Shown one piece after another: positions 15,658 to 23,733 of a DNA stretch of 44,514 nt (position 1 is its first letter; each line of letters starts with the position of its first letter). Under the pieces are notes generated by a model that did no database searches, was not told the DNA's origin, and saw only the letters and a program-made list of their open reading frames with translations. The DNA is from a virus. The stretch is taken from the IMG/VR virus record IMGVR_UViG_3300022538_000610. One strand, given 5' to 3'. Both the position numbers and the translations under genes were made by a program.

Positions 15658-17289
15658 TTATGCTCCTGCAACTGTTTCCGTTAATGCTTCCGCCGGACTA
15701 CCACCTTCCGGAGCCTTAGTGGTCTGGCCGTAACCTTGGGCGGCCAGTTGTGCCATCTCCATCGCCTTTTGTTCAGCCGCCTGCCTCGCTCTTTCTTCCC
15801 TTATAGCGTCCCTTGCCTCAATCGGATTCATATGTTTAACTTTCACGCCGAGACTTCTGCCTAAGTCCCTGAACCCTTCGTCCACGTTTATATTGTCCTT
15901 CGTGCCTGGGTATGTTTCTTCCATTTCCACGCCAATTGCTGCCCATTGTTGAAAACCCTTTGCCTGGCCGGAACTCAAGGCATTTGCCATCAGACCAAGA
16001 TACTCTATATCATAGGATTCAAGGCCAACTGGCGGTGGTTCGAGCTCGCCATTCCTGATTAAAAGATTCAACGGCCTTATTATTGTATATTTGAGTAACT
16101 CGCTTTGGATTCTATAGGTGGGTTGGCCAACCCTTCGCAGACCTTCGATTATTCTTTCACGAATCTCAAGTGTAGTTCTTCTATCGCCTTTCAGGTCTGC
16201 GAGTTGAACAAAGACGTCCTTGTAAAAAGCCTTATCAATGACATCCCGTTGCATTTCAAGAATTTCTTTAGTTATAGGGAAATTACCTCTTATGCCCTCG
16301 TCTATCGCCTTAATGGAAGGGATTTCCTGAACGAAATTAGTGGCACCTGGTACTACGCTGACTTCGCCATCAAAAGTATCAAGGACTTCTCTCGGCGGGT
16401 TATTCCATTTATTGCCGCACTCTATAAAGTCGCACATCTGCTGATTCAATACTCTGACCTGTGGCAGTATCTCGGTTCCAACGCCCCTGCCGTTGATTTC
16501 ACTGGAGGTCTTCATCCATCGGGGAACGTGATATGGAAATTCCTCGAAGCCGCCCTCATCTATTATTGTTTTGTCTTTGACCGCTACATATATGGATTCA
16601 AACGGCATATTAAGACTGTCTTCAAGGCGGATATTCCTCTTCTCACGGGGACGGACTATGTGAATGAAATAAAAGAGTTTTTCTCTGTTCTTCTCGTCGG
16701 CCATCGCCTCAATAACTGATTTACCAGGGTTCTCGAACTCCTGAGTTGCCTGCCTCGCAGTCAACGGGAACTTTAATATCATCGTATCGACAAGACCTTT
16801 GGTATTCTCAAGTATTTGATATAACCCTATGTCCCAATCCCTGAAATTCAGTCCCGTTCCAGGCGCCCATTCGGAATACAGATTGCCAGTGCCGAAGACA
16901 ATAAGAGACCTAACGGTCTCGGCTATTTGGAGCAGAAAATTAGACTCAAAGAGTGCTATATGTAGTTTTTCGGCCGCCCATCCCAGATAGTTGGTGTATT
17001 CTTCTGATTGCCCGCCTATATTATCAACGGATACATTCAATTTGAAAAATGGTTCGCCTGCCGGTATGATGGCGGACAGCAAACCATCGGCCATTATCTT
17101 GGAATCAGTTACGGCGGTGGGGTCGTAAATAGTTACGGTTTTTGCCGTACCCCTGGCCATAGTAATAGTTATATTATTCTCTCTGGGGAATATTAAATCC
17201 GCCGTATCCTGCCACAGGGTTCTGAAGTTGGCCTGATTGGACTCTTCCCTTTCTTGCAGGGCGATAATATCTTCCGCTCTTTTGTCCAT
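15658..17289 (-). CDS. Portal (head-to-tail connector) protein, podovirus type
   Basis: 543 aa. The N-terminus NFRTLWQDTADLIFPRENNIT...IYDPTAVTDSKIMADGLLSAIIPAGEPFFKL is typical of T7-like connectors. The gene lies between the terminase and scaffold genes. Confidence 0.75.
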   Translation of the reverse strand: MDKRAEDIIALQEREESNQANFRTLWQDTADLIFPRENNITITMARGTAKTVTIYDPTAVTDSKIMADGLLSAIIPAGEPFFKLNVSVDNIGGQSEEYTNYLGWAAEKLHIALFESNFLLQIAETVRSLIVFGTGNLYSEWAPGTGLNFRDWDIGLYQILENTKGLVDTMILKFPLTARQATQEFENPGKSVIEAMADEKNREKLFYFIHIVRPREKRNIRLEDSLNMPFESIYVAVKDKTIIDEGGFEEFPYHVPRWMKTSSEINGRGVGTEILPQVRVLNQQMCDFIECGNKWNNPPREVLDTFDGEVSVVPGATNFVQEIPSIKAIDEGIRGNFPITKEILEMQRDVIDKAFYKDVFVQLADLKGDRRTTLEIRERIIEGLRRVGQPTYRIQSELLKYTIIRPLNLLIRNGELEPPPVGLESYDIEYLGLMANALSSGQAKGFQQWAAIGVEMEETYPGTKDNINVDEGFRDLGRSLGVKVKHMNPIEARDAIREERARQAAEQKAMEMAQLAAQGYGQTTKAPEGGSPAEALTETVAGA

Positions 17290-17291
17290 AG

Positions 17292-17489
17292 TTATCCCAG
17301 AAGAGTTTTCTTACCAACTGTTTCAGGTTCCAATGCACCTGTTATAATGGTCTTGCGCCTGCCGCCACGCCCACGTCTGCGCCTCGCTACCTCTTCTTTT
17401 GCTTCTTCCGGCATTAGTTCCGGCACGGGTTCCGGCTCCGGCACGGGAGGTGGTGTTACTCTTTTTGGTTTACTGAATAATCCGCCCAT
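17292..17489 (-). CDS. Small Pro-rich/basic protein (MGGLFSKPK...)
   Basis: ORF track; immediately upstream of the portal gene. Confidence 0.55.
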   Translation of the reverse strand: MGGLFSKPKRVTPPPVPEPEPVPELMPEEAKEEVARRRRGRGGRRKTIITGALEPETVGKKTLLG

Positions 17490-17716
17490 TATTTATCTTC
17501 CTTATTAAAGCCTAAACGATTATTTGATTTAAGGGACGTTATTTCAACCTCGTCAAGCATAGCATTTTTAGGGTTGCCATCACTGTCGATATAGCTATAT
17601 TCATAAGTCCTGTTTTTGCCACGAACAAAAATACCTGTTACGAGACCTTCGGAACCGCCCTTATAAACGGGTGCAACTTTCGTTCCTATTGGATATTTAA
17701 TATTTATTCTTGGCAT
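17489..17716 (-). CDS. Hypothetical protein (75 aa)
   Basis: ORF track. Confidence 0.55.
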   Translation of the reverse strand: MPRINIKYPIGTKVAPVYKGGSEGLVTGIFVRGKNRTYEYSYIDSDGNPKNAMLDEVEITSLKSNNRLGFNKEDK

Positions 17717-17717
17717 T

Positions 17718-17897
17718 TTATTCCTTAATCAAACTTCCGCTTGGGTCTTTTTCCTCTAAATCCCATATATTGAATGGTTTGTCGCCAAATATTCTTATGT
17801 GATTCTCATCGTATTTCTTTTTGTTTACGGACCTGTACCTATCGCCCTTGCCTGCGCCGTTTTTCTTTCGGTCAGGTTGTTCATTTGCCGTGGTCAT
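17718..17897 (-). CDS. Hypothetical basic protein (59 aa; below the ORF-track cutoff)
   Basis: My translation: MTTANEQPDRKKNGAGKGDRYRSVNKKKYDENHIRIFGDKPFNIWDLEEKDPSGSLIKE. ATGA overlap with the upstream gene. Confidence 0.45.
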   Translation of the reverse strand: MTTANEQPDRKKNGAGKGDRYRSVNKKKYDENHIRIFGDKPFNIWDLEEKDPSGSLIKE

Positions 17898-18124
17898 ATT
17901 TTATTTATCCATTCGCTGACTACTTTGTACCACTTCGGATATTTAACTTTTGCACGACCAATGGCCACATAACAGGCCTCTATTTCCGTTATATTCATAC
18001 CGCCGCCAAACACAACCTTGACGGGATTGTGGCCCATTAACTCAAGCTCTTTCATCACAGGAAGAAATGCGAGTATGTGGTTCTTGTCTTTTTGTATGCA
18101 ATCATGTGTTCGGGGAATACTCAT
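17894..18124 (-). CDS. Hypothetical protein (76 aa)
   Basis: ORF track. Confidence 0.5.
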   Translation of the reverse strand: MSIPRTHDCIQKDKNHILAFLPVMKELELMGHNPVKVVFGGGMNITEIEACYVAIGRAKVKYPKWYKVVSEWINKI

Positions 18125-18350
18125 CTGGATACTTTGCTTTCAACTTTTGCCAGAGTTTCTCATTTTTCTCAAAATCACAGTGCTTTGGATATTTGCCTTC
18201 CTGTCCAAGATTACATCTATGTTTAGGCCATCTTCGATACTTAGCCAATTCGCCTGAAACATTCTTCTGGCCAGTGGTAATCAAATACGACTTCTGGCAA
18301 TAGTGTATACATATCCAGCAACCAGTCCCCTTATACTCTTGCGTAATCAT
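18102..18350 (-). CDS. Hypothetical Cys-rich protein (82 aa)
   Basis: ORF track. Confidence 0.5.
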   Translation of the reverse strand: MITQEYKGTGCWICIHYCQKSYLITTGQKNVSGELAKYRRWPKHRCNLGQEGKYPKHCDFEKNEKLWQKLKAKYPDEYSPNT

Positions 18351-19929
18351 TTTTCGCTACCGTCTGGCGGCGAGTGGTTCGTTTAGCGCTTGCAATCTTA
18401 CCGCCGGAAGCGGCTATGTAAAAGTAGTTCAAAGCATTTCTAAAATGCTCCTGACCCAACTTCTTGTATCTGTAAATCTGGGAGCCGGTTCTCTTATTAG
18501 TTTCCAGAATCTTCGCCGTTGCGCAGACCTGCTTGGCGAACTCTTTTATCTCAGGGCATCGCCGGGGGATTATCAGCATACCGTCCGTGCTTATCAGTCG
18601 GTGAGTGGCGTCGAATGCTTCGGTTCTATTGACTTTTACTATTCCGGTCTTATCGTTGTATGCCGTACCCATAGGTGTAGTCTCGGAATACTCACACAGC
18701 CATATCTTGTATTTCTCGGATTTCTGGAACTGGCGGGCGCTGTCCTCGTAGGGTCGAATATCTATTACGGCACTTCTTACATTGAACCGCTGGGCTATAT
18801 CGTGTATATCGTTCCAGTCGGAAAGTTGGGCGGTCTTGTAAATCTCGTATCTTTTACCGACTCGTCCTCCTATAACCACGTGCTTGAGCTTGCCGACGTC
18901 AACTCCCATAGCACACGGGCCTTTATGAGAGTAGGCCGGCATATTAGACCCGCAGCAAGCAAAGACTTCGGCCTGAGTAAGTTGGTCTTCCGCCGCAATA
19001 TAGGGTAGACCCAATCTGAGTCTATAAACATCGGCTCGATTGTCTTCTGGCGGATTGTTAAAATCTTCAAGTATATCGGCAGGGTCGCAAACAGCACTTG
19101 TTAATTGCGACCATCTGTAGCCTCTCATATAATTTGAGTTTTCTTTTATCTCCGGTTGCCATTGGCCATCTCTGATAAAAACCTCTTTGCCGCATTTATT
19201 ACAGCCGATATAACCAGTGCCGTCTGGTCTTATCTTAACACATTCGGGAAAAGATAGTTCCGCACAGGTATATGTGCCACAATGATTACATTTGCGCCAC
19301 CAGTGGCGCTGGTCTGACAATTGCCATTGCTTGTCAATACCGAAACTTGGGATAATCGGATTGCCAATAAAAACTTCCTCTTGCCAGGGAGAATCATAGT
19401 AACGACCACGGGCCTTCGCAATTACCTCTTCATCCATATGGTCAACTTCATCGAAAACTATCTTATCAACACCAATGCTCTTCATCTTGGAAGATTCGGA
19501 CTCGTCGCCACGTTTCTCGCTTAGACGAGCACCTCTTAAATAAAGAAAGGCATTATGAATCTTCTTCAAAGAGGTGGTATCGGTCTTTCTAACATATCTG
19601 CCTATGGCCTGCCTGTTGGCAAGAATCAACGGGTTAAAGCGGGATTTACTGAACTCGCCAACATCATCGGTGGTAGGGAACAAATACAGCACGCCCTCTT
19701 TGTAGCGACCGTATATCATTCCGTGAAGGCTCTTGAGTATTTCTATTTCGCTGAAACCCCCACGAGTGCCCTTCATATAACACACCCGCTTGCAAGTGTT
19801 CTGCATGGGCTCCAGTTGGTACTCGTGGTCAGTAAAAGTATATATAGTCCGCTGAAGCTGGATTTCGTAAAATGACGCCCAATATGCGGCGTCTGCACTT
19901 GCTATATCCTGTGGGGTTAACTCTGCCAC
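18331..19929 (-). CDS. terL: Terminase large subunit (GpA-like)
   Basis: 532 aa with an apparent GTG start. Walker-B-like IVFDEVDHMDEE and an internal Cys4 finger CNHCGTYTC...CNKCGKEV, as found in lambda GpA-family terminases. The C-terminal nuclease-like half contains VIDIRP. Confidence 0.75.
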   Translation of the reverse strand: MAELTPQDIASADAAYWASFYEIQLQRTIYTFTDHEYQLEPMQNTCKRVCYMKGTRGGFSEIEILKSLHGMIYGRYKEGVLYLFPTTDDVGEFSKSRFNPLILANRQAIGRYVRKTDTTSLKKIHNAFLYLRGARLSEKRGDESESSKMKSIGVDKIVFDEVDHMDEEVIAKARGRYYDSPWQEEVFIGNPIIPSFGIDKQWQLSDQRHWWRKCNHCGTYTCAELSFPECVKIRPDGTGYIGCNKCGKEVFIRDGQWQPEIKENSNYMRGYRWSQLTSAVCDPADILEDFNNPPEDNRADVYRLRLGLPYIAAEDQLTQAEVFACCGSNMPAYSHKGPCAMGVDVGKLKHVVIGGRVGKRYEIYKTAQLSDWNDIHDIAQRFNVRSAVIDIRPYEDSARQFQKSEKYKIWLCEYSETTPMGTAYNDKTGIVKVNRTEAFDATHRLISTDGMLIIPRRCPEIKEFAKQVCATAKILETNKRTGSQIYRYKKLGQEHFRNALNYFYIAASGGKIASAKRTTRRQTVAKNDYARV

Positions 19930-20114
19930 AACGTTTCCAATTCGCGCCCTAACTTTACATAACGAATGCCGTGCTTGCCGTTATTTTTCAGGAAGCCGCC
20001 CCGTTTAGCTCGTTTCCACCAAAAGTTATTCAAAAAAATAATATAATTAGGGTCTTTGCTTTCTGCTTCAGAATTAGCGATTGCTTGTCGTAAGTGTTCA
20101 GTTGTTAAATCCAT
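19917..20114 (-). CDS. Hypothetical protein (65 aa)
   Basis: ORF track; overlaps the terL start by 13 nt. Confidence 0.5.
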   Translation of the reverse strand: MDLTTEHLRQAIANSEAESKDPNYIIFLNNFWWKRAKRGGFLKNNGKHGIRYVKLGRELETLWQS

Positions 20115-20144
20115 TATTTTTAACCAGCAACCTTATAGATTACC

Positions 20145-20314
20145 GGCGAATATATCTGGCTGGCGGCTCCCTTTTGGCTCAGTTGCCTTGCAGGTCTACC
20201 TGCCGCTTCACTTCCTGATTATCCCAGGTTTGCTTGTTGGCCTATAGGTTCAAGCCGCACGGTTGATAATCAGAACACACCTCAGTGTTTCGCACCCGCC
20301 ACCAGCCAAAATCC
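20145..20314 (-). repeat. Intergenic element copy A (170 nt), paralogous to 20476..20623
   Basis: Shares the boundary motifs GGCGAATATATCTG and CGCC(A/G)CCAGCCAAA(A/G)TCC (plus-strand reading) in the same order as copy B. On the minus strand, GGCTGGTGGC (5') can pair with GCCGCCAGCC (3'). There is also an internal perfect 9-bp helix CTGATTATC/GATAATCAG. No ORF is present. Confidence 0.6.
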
Positions 20315-20321
20315 TGCATAA

Positions 20322-20444
20322 CTATTCAGAACCCGTGATTTTTCGCTTTAGCCAACCAAACAAGCTGCAAAGCCAAAAAACGCAAAACCAAAAAACAAGA
20401 TAAAACCCGTGAACCGGTATTAAGATAAATCGCAAAATAGACAT
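20322..20444 (-). CDS. Small membrane protein (40 aa)
   Basis: Internal ATG preceded by AAAGGAAACAA: MSILRFILIPVHGFYLVFWFCVFWLCSLFGWLKRKITGSE, a single hydrophobic helix. The longer tracked ORF (85 aa) would run into element B. Confidence 0.4.
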   Translation of the reverse strand: MSILRFILIPVHGFYLVFWFCVFWLCSLFGWLKRKITGSE

Positions 20445-20475
20445 TTGTTTCCTTTCAAAAACAAGGCCGTTGATT

Positions 20476-20623
20476 GGCGAATATATCTGTCCAGCGGGCA
20501 GGATTCCCCACCCTGCATCCGTATCTAAAGTCAGGCAGTGGCACAAACCGTGCAGTAGTCTTGGCTGTGCTTGCCTCAATAGAACTTACCCCGACGCTAC
20601 CACGTCGCCGCCAGCCAAAGTCC
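20476..20623 (-). repeat. Intergenic element copy B (148 nt), paralogous to 20145..20314
   Basis: It has the same two boundary motifs as copy A. Internal hairpins sit at equivalent places but with different sequences (CGACG/CGTCG, GCAGG/CCTGC). Confidence 0.6.
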
Positions 20624-20671
20624 AGTAGGATAGTGGAGTATCAATATGAAAGCCATAATAACAAAACCAGC

Positions 20672-20902
20672 CTATAGCTTTAAGGTTGCCGTATTGCCGC
20701 TGGTATATATTATCCAAGGAGAAGAAGGATACCAAGGATACGGATCGATTGGCCAAGGGGTAACTGGCCAAGGCTCGCTTTCCCTGATAATCTTGCCAAA
20801 CAACTCATTTAGGGCTTCTTTAAGCTTTCTGGCCTGCTCTGGCGTGAGCGATATGCTCTGGCCGTCCAAATCCAACTCGATTTTCTTTATGATATTAGGC
20901 AT
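20672..20902 (-). CDS. Hypothetical protein (76 aa; Trp/Pro-rich C-terminus)
   Basis: ORF track. Confidence 0.5.
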   Translation of the reverse strand: MPNIIKKIELDLDGQSISLTPEQARKLKEALNELFGKIIRESEPWPVTPWPIDPYPWYPSSPWIIYTSGNTATLKL

Positions 20903-21152
20903 TATTCTGTTTCTCTGCCAACCGTTTGTTCTCAGCTTGAAGTTGCAGGGCTATAATTACAGCTTTAGCATAATCAGCTTTTAACTCCGGTGGTTCATAT
21001 TGTGGATGGCCCAAATCCCTGTTTGCCGCTTTCAGAAACTCAGCAATCTCTTGTGGTGTATAAACTGCCATTATTCTATCCTGCTTATGTCCACAATTCT
21101 TAAAGCTATAAAAATGTCGGTGAGCATTACTATCTTGCCAGCCCCCGGCCAC
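20895..21152 (-). CDS. Hypothetical protein (start uncertain; an internal ATG at ~21071 gives MAVYTPQEIAEF...)
   Basis: ORF track. The tracked start is non-ATG and overlaps the upstream small ORF. Confidence 0.45.
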   Translation of the reverse strand: MAGGWQDSNAHRHFYSFKNCGHKQDRIMAVYTPQEIAEFLKAANRDLGHPQYEPPELKADYAKAVIIALQLQAENKRLAEKQNNA

Positions 21153-21297
21153 TTGGGGGGTTATGGCCTCTATTTGCCCCCCCTAATGCTTTAATCAGGG
21201 CATTATCAAGGCATTCCCTGGCTTCGGCCTTCATTTGCTCCTTCTGCCTCTCTGTTGCCGGAGTGTGCCAAGGGTCAAGTAATGCCTTTTTGTCCAT
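21130..21297 (-). CDS. Hypothetical protein (55 aa; below the ORF-track cutoff)
   Basis: My translation: MDKKALLDPWHTPATERQKEQMKAEARECLDNALIKALGGANRGHNPPSGRGLAR. TGATG stop-start overlap with terS. Confidence 0.4.
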   Translation of the reverse strand: MDKKALLDPWHTPATERQKEQMKAEARECLDNALIKALGGANRGHNPPSGRGLAR

Positions 21298-21797
21298 CAG
21301 CCTGCCCTGGCCTCTGCAGCATCCTGCTGCCTCCGCTTGCTGATTAGGCTGCTATAATGTGGCTTGGCCTGCCCAGCGGCCTGCTGTAGCCGTATAGAGG
21401 CTATCCTGCGGGCCTCTGCTGTTTCCTTATCCGTTAGCTGCTTCTGCTTTACAAGGTCGGTAGTATTGAGGTTGTCGGTGAACATAGCCTTCCACCTACC
21501 CAATAACTCACTGAAGCGTGCCATTGCCACTAAGTCCTGCTTCTGTTCTGCTATTTGCAGGCCAAGTAGGAGTTTGGAGACGATGTAAGTAACTGTAACC
21601 TCAATATTCTTACTAATATCAGCCTTCTTAGCAGCCACAGCCTGCTTTATGCTATCCTTTGTTAACAGCCGTGCAGCTTGTTCGTGGTCTGTATGGACAG
21701 AGTAGCCTGCCAATCTACAAGCCTTTGCGCCATTATAGTTAGCATCTCCGCAGTAATGCTCAACAAATGCCTGTTGTTTGCCTGTTAGTTTTGGCAT
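21297..21797 (-). CDS. terS: Terminase small subunit
   Basis: MPKLTGKQQAFVEHYCGDANYNGAKACRLAGYSVHTDHEQAARLLTKDSIKQAV matches the Terminase_2-type N-terminal HTH pattern (LT.kq..F..eY......na..Aa..AGYs...a...a..ll....v). Confidence 0.75.
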   Translation of the reverse strand: MPKLTGKQQAFVEHYCGDANYNGAKACRLAGYSVHTDHEQAARLLTKDSIKQAVAAKKADISKNIEVTVTYIVSKLLLGLQIAEQKQDLVAMARFSELLGRWKAMFTDNLNTTDLVKQKQLTDKETAEARRIASIRLQQAAGQAKPHYSSLISKRRQQDAAEARAG

Positions 21798-21958
21798 AGT
21801 TTCCTTAGCTTTGGTATGTCTGTATCCTGTATTTCTGCAATTGCCTCGCCTGCTTTGCGCCTGACCTCTACGTCGTCAATATGTACACAGTAGCCGGCCA
21901 GCAAGACCAACAGGCGATTGATGTTCTTAACTGTATAATCTATCGTACCATCAGGCAT
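21785..21958 (-). CDS. Hypothetical protein (57 aa; below the ORF-track cutoff)
   Basis: My codon-by-codon translation: MPDGTIDYTVKNINRLLVLLAGYCVHIDDVEVRRKAGEAIAEIQDTDIPKLRKLCQN. TAATG overlap with the upstream gene. Confidence 0.45.
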   Translation of the reverse strand: MPDGTIDYTVKNINRLLVLLAGYCVHIDDVEVRRKAGEAIAEIQDTDIPKLRKLCQN

Positions 21959-22233
21959 TAAAATTTTCCCTTTATATGCTCATCCATCCACGGTTCGTAT
22001 CTAACTGTTTTATAGCCGCCTGGGTGCTTTTCTGCAAAGTTCTCTATTTCCAGTCGTGATGGATAGTGCTTGCGTTCTTTTTTCATCCATTTAGCAAGCT
22101 CTGTGATTACATTTTTCTTTGCTAAGTAAGCAACCCAGGCTTCTTGTTTAGCGTCTTCCCAAAGACATTTTGGTATTTTCAGGGTTTGTATAGCTAATCG
22201 AGTTAGCTTTTTGACCCGCTCGAAATCATCCAT
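21958..22233 (-). CDS. First gene of the minus-strand operon; hypothetical protein (91 aa)
   Basis: ORF track; borders the divergent AT-rich control region. Confidence 0.55.
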   Translation of the reverse strand: MDDFERVKKLTRLAIQTLKIPKCLWEDAKQEAWVAYLAKKNVITELAKWMKKERKHYPSRLEIENFAEKHPGGYKTVRYEPWMDEHIKGKF

Positions 22234-22252
22234 AATTTCAATTATCTTCCCC

Positions 22253-22280
22253 TATATATATATTACCTTTGCCCTAACAA
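22253..22280 (-). promoter_or_regulatory. Candidate sigma70-like promoter for the minus-strand operon
   Basis: Minus-strand reading: TTGTTA, 16-nt spacer, TATATA, about 20 nt upstream of the ATG at 22233. Confidence 0.3.
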
Positions 22281-22388
22281 AATGAGGATTTTTTTGAAGT
22301 TTTTTTTAATATTTTCCTAATTACCAAGTGTCCAATAAAACTATTTTCTTCGTTTTTAGCTAAATAGCAACAATTTTACAGAATTTAC

Positions 22389-22415
22389 TTGACTTTTGCC
22401 CCTTTTTCCTATAAT
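22389..22415 (+). promoter_or_regulatory. Candidate sigma70-like early promoter
   Basis: TTGACT (22389..22394), a short 15-nt spacer, then a perfect TATAAT (22410..22415). It sits in the AT-rich divergent intergenic region. Confidence 0.45.
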
Positions 22416-22432
22416 ATAGGTAGAGGCGAAAA

Positions 22433-22521
22433 GCCCTGCTAAGACAATCAGTTTGAAACTAACTTTGGTACGAGGCCTGTAGCGTTTCCAATCTTCTTAG
22501 CAGGGCGGAGCGTTGCAGGCC
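22433..22521 (+). other. Structured 5' leader of the early operon: perfect 12-bp long-range helix crossed by a second 6-bp pairing
   Basis: GCCCTGCTAAGA (22433..22444) pairs with TCTTAGCAGGGC (22495..22506). GGCCTG (22474..22479) pairs with CAGGCC (22516..22521). The order a-b-a'-b' is pseudoknot-like or represents alternative pairings. Confidence 0.5.
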
Positions 22522-22578
22522 GCTTTAATGTAGTTCTTTGATAAGTAAATAGAGTGGCAGAAAGGGCAAGGAAGGATT

Positions 22579-22860
22579 ATGAGTTATACAAAAGGCAAAT
22601 GGGAAATTGGGACTGAGCCAGGTGGACACTTTAGTATATTGCCTGACAAATCTATTACGGTTTGGAGAAGCCCTAATGCTGCTGCCAACGCCCGCCTGAT
22701 AGCCGCCGCACCTGATTTGCTGGTGGCATGCGGGAAACTAACAAATATCGCCGAAGTTGTCGGGCATTGTGTTGGAAAGTGGACGCCAGAACATCAGGCA
22801 CTTGCCCAAAAATATGCGGCAGAAGGCAGAATTGCCATTGCCAAAGCAAAAAGGAAGTGA
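22579..22860 (+). CDS. Hypothetical early protein (93 aa)
   Basis: ORF track; AGGAAGGA Shine-Dalgarno sequence. Confidence 0.6.
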   Translation: MSYTKGKWEIGTEPGGHFSILPDKSITVWRSPNAAANARLIAAAPDLLVACGKLTNIAEVVGHCVGKWTPEHQALAQKYAAEGRIAIAKAKRK

Positions 22861-22865
22861 TAATT

Positions 22866-23153
22866 ATGGAAACGAAAGAATTACAAAGCGATTTAGATTG
22901 TTACAAAAGGTTAGCGGCTAAGTATCTTAAAGAAAGAGACTACTTTAAGGGTTTGTATGAGGCAACAAAAACCGAAGCAGAGGGTCTTTGGCAATGCTTG
23001 GAGGAGGAACGAAAGAAAATTAAAGACCTACGCCAACAGCGAGATAATTTGCGGAAAATAGGCAAAGAGATAATAGAAAACGAGCCCTTTGGAATTACGC
23101 CCTATTGGGACGAAGCATTAAGAAAACTCGAAACCGAAATTGCTGATGCCTAA
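22866..23153 (+). CDS. Hypothetical coiled-coil protein (95 aa)
   Basis: Internal ATG (METKELQSD...) preceded by AAAAGGAAG. The tracked longer start overlaps the previous gene. Confidence 0.55.
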   Translation: METKELQSDLDCYKRLAAKYLKERDYFKGLYEATKTEAEGLWQCLEEERKKIKDLRQQRDNLRKIGKEIIENEPFGITPYWDEALRKLETEIADA

Positions 23154-23256
23154 AAAGAAAAAAAACAAAGACAAGGCCATTGAGAAGATAATGGCTAAAA
23201 GGCGAGAAGCACAACGCAAAATGGGCGTACCAGGAAGAATACCAAAGGGAATATAG
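23146..23256 (+). CDS. Possible Lys-rich micro-ORF (36 aa)
   Basis: My translation: MPKKKKNKDKAIEKIMAKRREAQRKMGVPGRIPKGI. The start overlaps the preceding stop (ATGCCTAA). Confidence 0.25.
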   Translation: MPKKKKNKDKAIEKIMAKRREAQRKMGVPGRIPKGI

Positions 23257-23261
23257 CAATC

Positions 23262-23308
23262 GCCTGCCGCCTGCCCCTCAGCCCTTTCAAGGCGGGCGGT
23301 GGGCTTTT
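23262..23308 (+). terminator. Intrinsic-terminator-like hairpin
   Basis: GCCTGCCGCCTGCC (23262..23275) pairs with GGCGGGCGGTGGGC (23291..23304): 14 bp including 3 G-U pairs, followed by TTTT. Confidence 0.5.
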
Positions 23309-23319
23309 GAAAGGATATT

Positions 23320-23466
23320 ATGAAAACAAAAAAACGATTAAGTTGTCCTAAATGTGGTGGTAAACTTTACTGGATTTCTGCAATTTGTCGTAAGTGCGAG
23401 AAGTGTGGCAAAGAGCTTCGGCTTTCAGAAGACACCCTTGAAGACATTTATGACGTAAAAGGATAA
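23320..23466 (+). CDS. Zinc-ribbon micro-protein (48 aa)
   Basis: My translation: MKTKKRLSCPKCGGKLYWISAICRKCEKCGKELRLSEDTLEDIYDVKG. AAAGGA Shine-Dalgarno sequence. Confidence 0.5.
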   Translation: MKTKKRLSCPKCGGKLYWISAICRKCEKCGKELRLSEDTLEDIYDVKG

Positions 23467-23470
23467 AAAA

Positions 23471-23644
23471 ATGAGTTGTAAAACTTGCGAGCATTATAAA
23501 GAACCGCCCCGATTAGGTAATGACAGGGTAGTAGGCGAAAAAGGACACTGCCATTTTATGTCTATCCAAGGAGACCATAGAGAAGTAAGCCCTAACGAAA
23601 GTTGCCGTTTCGATACCACAATAAAGGCGGATAAAGAATTTTGA
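23471..23644 (+). CDS. Cys/His-rich micro-protein (57 aa)
   Basis: My translation: MSCKTCEHYKEPPRLGNDRVVGEKGHCHFMSIQGDHREVSPNESCRFDTTIKADKEF. Confidence 0.45.
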   Translation: MSCKTCEHYKEPPRLGNDRVVGEKGHCHFMSIQGDHREVSPNESCRFDTTIKADKEF

Positions 23645-23733
23645 AAAAAACTTTATTTTTTCTCATTTTTTGTTAGACAAGAGCCGATAGATATGATAAG
23701 TTGTAATTAAAGTGAATAATAAAAGGATTTAAT

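Noticed and set aside
16105-16719. 204-aa plus-strand ORF inside the portal gene. Similar long antisense ORFs occur at 18445..19008 (in terL) and at 40290..40775, 40886..41363 and 41771..42394 (in the internal-protein genes).
   Set aside because: Each is fully embedded antisense to a well-supported long gene. Their composition is Ser/Leu/Cys-rich and low in complexity, and they lack translation signals.
20240-20262. ggttcaagcc resembling a tRNA T-arm loop
   Set aside because: The flanking bases cannot form a 5-bp T-stem, and no acceptor or anticodon arms can be drawn. I found no tRNA anywhere in the window.
21155-21190. G6...C7 inverted homopolymer pair (ttggggggttatggcctctatttgccccccc) as a terminator or phase-variation tract
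   Set aside because: It lies inside a small coding ORF and has no T-run. It may simply encode Gly/Pro codons. There is not enough evidence for any function.
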